NCBI GenBank assembly: GCA_963693365.1
Contig: CAVNZM010000009.1
Location: forward strand, 4,901,745 to 4,965,744
Reading direction: 5' to 3'
DNA: 64,000 nucleotides
Source: Amoebidium appalachense
Lineage: Eukaryota; Protista; Ichthyosporea
Below are positions 59,319 through 64,000 of this stretch, one piece after another (position 1 is the stretch's first letter; the number at the start of each line of letters is the position of its first letter). The notes beneath the pieces are model-generated. The model was not told where the DNA came from. It did not search any database and saw only the letters and a list, made by a program, of their open reading frames with translations. The position numbers were made by a program, and so were the translations under genes.

Positions 59319-59987
59319 ATGATGGCCGACTACGACGAGGCGTCTGTCAGAGACAGACTAGCACAAATAGAAGGGGGGACTACCGAGGTCTTAACTCCAG
59401 CTGGACGAATTGACCTTTTGACGAGCACCGAAATCATCGAAGTTAAGCGTGCTTCCAAATGGAAGTCCGCCATTGGGCAGGTGCTATCCTATTGGGGGTT
59501 CTATCCTAAACATCGTCCAAGAATTCACCTATTTGATACAGCACCGATCGAGGTGTTCAGAGTGGCAGTTGAGACAATGTCTCGTCTGGGTATACGAGTA
59601 ACAGTCGAGCAGGATGTAATGGAGCTAATGTGGGGGTCACAGGCTTGCCCTCCAAAGTCTGAGATGCAGCCAGTTGTATGTGATCTTCCTGAGATTACCC
59701 TCTGCCGGGAGGACTACGTGCTGTTTCTCAAGAGTTTGGTTACCGATGGTGATACTCCACACATCAAGGATGGCACTATCACTGATTCCGCCACCCTTCT
59801 ACCAATTTTCCAGGTCTGGTGCCAGAAAAATGGCAAAGACCACAGCAAGGCTAGTGTCAACACCATGGGCAGGACTCTCAGGCAGGTGCTCGGAGAGCGT
59901 GTGAGTGTTTATGTACCTGGGTCAACCATAGCAAAAGGATACAGGGTATCCTTTGCAAAAATAAGGGCAATTAGCCACTGGCAGTGA
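59319..59987 (+). CDS. PD-(D/E)xK-like nuclease domain fused to a D5-primase-C-terminal-like winged helix
   Basis: N-terminal EVLTPAGRIDLLTSTEIIEVK..KWKSAIGQVLSY fits E..ID..E-x-K..GQ..Y. C-terminal SATLLPIFQVWCQKNG..SVNTMGRTL resembles D5-type C-terminal domains. Likely start is ATG 59319 or 59322. Confidence 0.7.
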   Translation: MMADYDEASVRDRLAQIEGGTTEVLTPAGRIDLLTSTEIIEVKRASKWKSAIGQVLSYWGFYPKHRPRIHLFDTAPIEVFRVAVETMSRLGIRVTVEQDVMELMWGSQACPPKSEMQPVVCDLPEITLCREDYVLFLKSLVTDGDTPHIKDGTITDSATLLPIFQVWCQKNGKDHSKASVNTMGRTLRQVLGERVSVYVPGSTIAKGYRVSFAKIRAISHWQ

Positions 59988-60165
59988 CACTGCGCCCGGG
60001 GCTTGGGGGGCTGGGAGTGGCAAGTGGGGCACGGAAGGACCAGGAGGCGGGCGAGGCACGTGCGCTGGGGGGACACAGGAGCCCCCCCCCCAGCCACCCC
60101 CGGCCACCCCCAGCCACCCAGCCCCCCAGGCCCGGATGGGTGGCAGATATGGACTGGACCCGGGT

Positions 60166-61041
60166 TTATTGACGTGCCGCGGCGGCCCAGGCAGCAAACG
60201 CCGTGCGGCCATCCGCAAGCGCCCGCGCGACCTTCCCGGGGTCGACGTCCATGGGCGAACCAAACAGCCTCCGCTCCGGAGCGACCACCACGAGGCGATC
60301 TCCGAGGCGGGTGCGGAGGTTGGCAAACTCGGTGGCCGCTAGCTCGGTGCCCGAGTCACGCTGCAGGGCATAGCAGAGCTCCATGCCCGTTTTTGGCACG
60401 GATTCTGCGGGGCAGTGCGCCAGCGAGTCGCACAGCACCGTGACGTAGATGCCGTCGAACCCGTCTGCGGCGTCCTCGAGTGCTTTGGTGAGGGGCACCA
60501 GCTCGGAGACCCCGCCGTCCAGAAACACGGTGCCGCCGTACTCCACGGGGGGGACCGCGAGCGGAAGGGCCGAAGACGCGCGCATGCCGACCTGGTACTC
60601 GGGCCCCGTGAACCACCGCTCCTTCTTGTTGAGGAAGTCCCAGGCGACGCAGTGGCAGCGCGTGTAGATGTCCGCGTCGATGCCCTCCAGAAGCGCCGCC
60701 GCACGCTCCTGCAGGGTGAAGCGGCTGTACGCCGCCCCGTACAGCATTGACCCCACAACCGTTCTCCAGCTTTTCGGAAGCAGCGCCATTGCGCCACCCC
60801 ACGGTTCCACGATGTCCTCCACGCACGTCAGCTTCCCCAGCTCGCGCGCCAGGTCGTCCAGCCGGTCGGCAACCACGAACGGCGCCACCAGCGCGCCGAC
60901 GGACGTGCCGTACACCCTGTCGACCTCGTACAGCCCCGACGCGAGCATCCCCTGCATGAACCCGACTTGGAAGCAGCCCTTGACGCCGCCCCCGGGCAGC
61001 AGGATCCGCACACGTGTCCTGGCTTGGGAGGGTGTGTCCAT
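60166..61041 (-). CDS. Patatin-like phospholipase
   Basis: Gly-rich PGGGVKG, catalytic GTSVG (GxSxG), ASSALP and DGG motifs are intact. Likely start ATG 61041. Confidence 0.92.
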   Translation of the reverse strand: MDTPSQARTRVRILLPGGGVKGCFQVGFMQGMLASGLYEVDRVYGTSVGALVAPFVVADRLDDLARELGKLTCVEDIVEPWGGAMALLPKSWRTVVGSMLYGAAYSRFTLQERAAALLEGIDADIYTRCHCVAWDFLNKKERWFTGPEYQVGMRASSALPLAVPPVEYGGTVFLDGGVSELVPLTKALEDAADGFDGIYVTVLCDSLAHCPAESVPKTGMELCYALQRDSGTELAATEFANLRTRLGDRLVVVAPERRLFGSPMDVDPGKVARALADGRTAFAAWAAAARQ

Positions 61042-61073
61042 GTTGGTGTAGGGCGCGATAAGAGTCGACGGCT

Positions 61074-61937
61074 TCATTCCAAATCCAGGGCGTTGCACAC
61101 CGAGACCAGGTTTGCCCTTGCGCAGTCCAGCACGAAGGCCGCCAGCTCGGAGTAGTCGTGGGGGGGCGGCTGGCTCTGCGCGGCCAGCAGCAGCGAGTGG
61201 TAGCGCTCGCGGGAGCTGCGGTCTGTGTACAACGAGAGGGGAACGGCAATATAGGGCGAGAGCAGCACGCTGACCAACAGACGGGCGACGCGCCCGTTGC
61301 CGTTGCTGAACGGGTGGATGTAGAGGAACTCCCCGAGGAAACGGGCGGTGACCTGTATGGCACCGAGAACGTCATTGCAGCCTTGGAGTTCGGTGCGTGT
61401 CCTTTCGAACAGGCGCTTGAGAGCCTCTTCGATCTTGAACGGTGCAAGGTACTGATGACTGCAGCCTGCGGGAAGCGCAAAGCGCACCCGATACCGTCCA
61501 GCGCTATCGAGCAGCCCGTCCATGACCTTGCGATGGACCTCCCTAGCGAGCTCCACCGTAAACGTGCCTGGATCAATCCCCTTCCAAACCCACGGTGTGG
61601 GGAACAGCTCGCGAACTGCTATAACGACGTTTTTCAGTTTCTTCGATGAGCGCGTGTGTTCGGACGTTTCATCGGGGCAGGAGATCAGCCTCTCAATATG
61701 TTCGACTGGGACCTTTTCGTTTGTTTCCAGTTCCATCAGGTGCTTGATGTATAACACTAGGTGGTGCGTTGTGTATCCCTGCATGAACAAAGCGCTGCTC
61801 TTGTCGTTATCCAAAAACGTGCGCACCAGGTGGAGGCAGTGCACAACAGCACCTTCGCTGAGTTGAGACATCACGGTGTTGAACCGACAGATAAAGTACC
61901 ACAAACTATCAAAATCGACCTTTACGTCACACGGCAA
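61074..61937 (-). CDS. Fic/Fido-domain protein (first in-frame ATG at 61871; true start uncertain)
   Basis: Motif IHPFSNGNGRVARLL, with upstream VHRKVM..AGRYR typical of Fido domains. Confidence 0.92.
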   Translation of the reverse strand: MPCDVKVDFDSLWYFICRFNTVMSQLSEGAVVHCLHLVRTFLDNDKSSALFMQGYTTHHLVLYIKHLMELETNEKVPVEHIERLISCPDETSEHTRSSKKLKNVVIAVRELFPTPWVWKGIDPGTFTVELAREVHRKVMDGLLDSAGRYRVRFALPAGCSHQYLAPFKIEEALKRLFERTRTELQGCNDVLGAIQVTARFLGEFLYIHPFSNGNGRVARLLVSVLLSPYIAVPLSLYTDRSSRERYHSLLLAAQSQPPPHDYSELAAFVLDCARANLVSVCNALDLE

Positions 61938-62379
61938 CAGCCCGGCCCATATCCACCTGCGCGTTCACCACCCTGTTCTCCTGCCCCCGCCCCCTACCCA
62001 GTCCAACGTTTTCTCCGCAAACCAGAGAGAACACGGCAGTGCCCATGAACGTTTGGCCCGTGATTTGCTAGAGAACAGCATCGCCGGTCCCCCCCATGTC
62101 TCCCGGAACCCAAGAGAACACCATGGCATCCCCAACCATGTCTCCCGGATCCTTGGAGAACAGGTGCCGGGGGTGGACCCTGTTCGCCGATTGCTTTTTC
62201 CTAGGAGCGGGGCCTGGGGGCATGAGGGGCACGCGAGGCACGGATGGCACAGTGGTCTCACGGGTCTGTGTGCCACAGGCGCCCCCCCCAGGCCCCCCCA
62301 GGCCCCCGGAACAGGCAACTTCGTTCCAAAGCAGCGCCAGATGTGCCAATAAACGGCCAAAGCAGCGCGCAGTTGGCTA

Positions 62380-62800
62380 CCCCGCTATTCGATCTGATTG
62401 GTCGAAAGCGTTCAAGATCCTGACCAAGGTTTCAGAATCTGTTTGTAATCGTTGATAGGACTATTTCTTCGCGATTTCTATTAGAAATGTGACCGAATTG
62501 TTTATAAAACTATCTTGAATATGAAATTAGGTATAAAACGTTTGATTTTATTCTTATGTTTGGTTCTAAGGGATAGAAGAGAAAAAGGCATCAGCTGTCA
62601 TTGAAAAATCTTGAAGCACTGGCATTGCCTGCTCTTCGCGGGATCTGATTGGATCTTGAATTGGGTGTGATCCAATCCCCAGCAGCCAATCGTGCAGTTT
62701 GGTGATCTGGATCTGAAAGCATTCTCCCAATCAAACGCGTGACTGGATATCATTTCGTCAGCATCAGTTGGGAATTGGCTTCTAAGGGCACGGCACAGCT
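62380..62800. promoter_or_regulatory. Possible divergent promoter region between Fic (-) and the zinc-finger gene (+)
   Basis: AT-richer stretch with several CCAAT/ATTGG boxes in both orientations (~62397, 62648, 62671, 62686, 62727) and GTATAAAA at ~62531. Confidence 0.4.
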
Positions 62801-62919
62801 GATAGGGTGTCACTTTCACACACCTTCTGTAGTGTCAACATCAAAGGCTTTGAAGTCGCTTGTTAGGTCGCCTTTTACTGATTTTTCGCTTTGCACCCCC
62901 ATTTCTACACACACACACC

Positions 62920-63783
62920 ATGGAACAAGTAGGCAAGCGCAGCTACAAATGGCTGACCGATCACCTTTTCACTAAGAACACCAAGGACAAATACATGGTC
63001 AAGTGCCGCGCTTGTGTCGCTGACATGCACAGCGACCAGATCCCCTCGCATGTGAAGGTGTGCAGGGAATTAAACCACTGCCAGGACGCCATCCTTGCCC
63101 TCGTTGCCGCAGAGAACGCCGTCGGGCCCGCGCGCGACAAGGTGCGTCCGTTGGTCACGGAGTTCGGGGGGTGCGCCGTGGCTGCACAGTCCGTCGTGCC
63201 GGGTCTGCGCCAGTACCTGCAGCAGCCTGGGCGCAACGTCGTGGGCGCGGCTAAAGCACGGGCGGTGGCGCAGGCGCTCCACGACATGGCAGAGGCGGCT
63301 CGGGCTGTTAAGGACGGGTATGTGGGTTTTTGGTCGGCGGAGGATGCTGTGGAGCGCAACAAGCAAGCGCTGCGCCATCGGATTGCCGAACGTGTCCACC
63401 GCCGCCAGGGCGGGGAGGGGCCCGGCCAGTTCGCCTACGTTCCCCGCCCCCCCGGTTCTCCCCGTCCAAACCTCGTCCCCTTTGCGCTCACACCCGGGGA
63501 GCTTGCAAGTGGCAACGTGCTCCGGCAGTGCGAGATATTTCTGTTTGATCGAGTGCAGAGGGATCCGAAGTACCCTCCCGGGAAACGTATCGACTCGGAC
63601 GATGTGTGGGGGGCGGAGGAGAGAGACTCTGCTCTTGCGGCATCGATCGATGAGTGGGCGGTGGAGGTTCCCGTTTGGTGGGATGAGGGCAACCACTATT
63701 TTGTTCAGGACATGGAGATGATTGAGCAGCGCCTGCGGGAGGGGTATGATTGGGTGATGAAGGTTGTTGCGGAGCTTGAGTGA
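62920..63783 (+). CDS. Hypothetical protein with N-terminal BED-like C2HC zinc finger
   Basis: ACCATGG start context. KWLTDHLF..VKCRAC..SHVKVC pattern; the rest is not recognised; acidic C-terminus. Confidence 0.7.
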   Translation: MEQVGKRSYKWLTDHLFTKNTKDKYMVKCRACVADMHSDQIPSHVKVCRELNHCQDAILALVAAENAVGPARDKVRPLVTEFGGCAVAAQSVVPGLRQYLQQPGRNVVGAAKARAVAQALHDMAEAARAVKDGYVGFWSAEDAVERNKQALRHRIAERVHRRQGGEGPGQFAYVPRPPGSPRPNLVPFALTPGELASGNVLRQCEIFLFDRVQRDPKYPPGKRIDSDDVWGAEERDSALAASIDEWAVEVPVWWDEGNHYFVQDMEMIEQRLREGYDWVMKVVAELE

Positions 63784-63800
63784 GGGCTGAGGGGGGGGGG

Positions 63801-63944
63801 GGTTGATGGGGTGGTGTTAGCATGAGCTAGATGGGGGTTGGTTTGATGGGATGGTGTTAGCATGAGCTAGATGGGGGTTGGTTTGATGGGGTGGTGTTAG
63901 CATGAGCTAGATGGGGGTTGGTTTGATGGGATGGTGTTAGCATG
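63801..63944. repeat. 40-bp tandem repeat, ~3.5 copies
   Basis: Unit TGATGGG(G/A)TGGTGTTAGCATGAGCTAGATGGGGGTTGGTT. Confidence 0.9.
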
Positions 63945-64000
63945 GGAGGGCTTGGAAGTTGTTTGATGTGCTTCCGGGAGAAGTTCATGCACGAAATAAA

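Larger units (their letters stand above)
58920..64000. mobile_element. Left part of a virus-like / giant mobile element island, probably continuing beyond the window
   Basis: Long microsatellites almost vanish. Four compact ORFs lack evident introns in their conserved parts. There is a hairpin array at the border and GC foldback spacers between genes. No capsid, polymerase or integrase gene is visible here. Confidence 0.6.

Noticed and set aside
60356-61576. 406-aa alternative-frame ORF over Fic and patatin
   Set aside because: It is a GC-rich shadow frame with no motifs; the real frames carry the catalytic signatures.
63801-63944. CRISPR-like repeat next to the island genes
   Set aside because: It is a head-to-tail tandem repeat without spacers.

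Overview
Eukaryotic nuclear DNA with GT-AG introns and very dense poly-G/C, (CA)n, (GA)n and (AAT)n microsatellites. Most ORFs in the six-frame track are microsatellite read-throughs. Host genes I can support: first coding exon of pyruvate kinase (-), a small membrane/coiled-coil gene, a METTL15/RsmH gene with at least 10 exons and apparent lesions (-), two intronless secreted Cys-rich genes sharing a six-Cys module, an F-box/LRR gene and a 4-exon transketolase. Two diverged direct copies of a multi-kb degenerate segment flank the F-box/LRR gene, and the first copy is interrupted by a 3.7-kb TIR element. From about 58.9 kb to the window end the character changes abruptly to a microsatellite-poor, gene-dense, apparently intronless island. 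It opens with five GGCC mini-hairpins and encodes a PD-(D/E)xK nuclease fused to a D5-like winged helix, a tightly linked Fic + patatin pair and a BED-like zinc-finger protein, separated by GC-rich foldback spacers. This island is the best candidate for an undescribed system: the end of an endogenous virus-like or giant mobile element carrying an effector module. All domain calls come from motif recognition by eye; no database searches were run.
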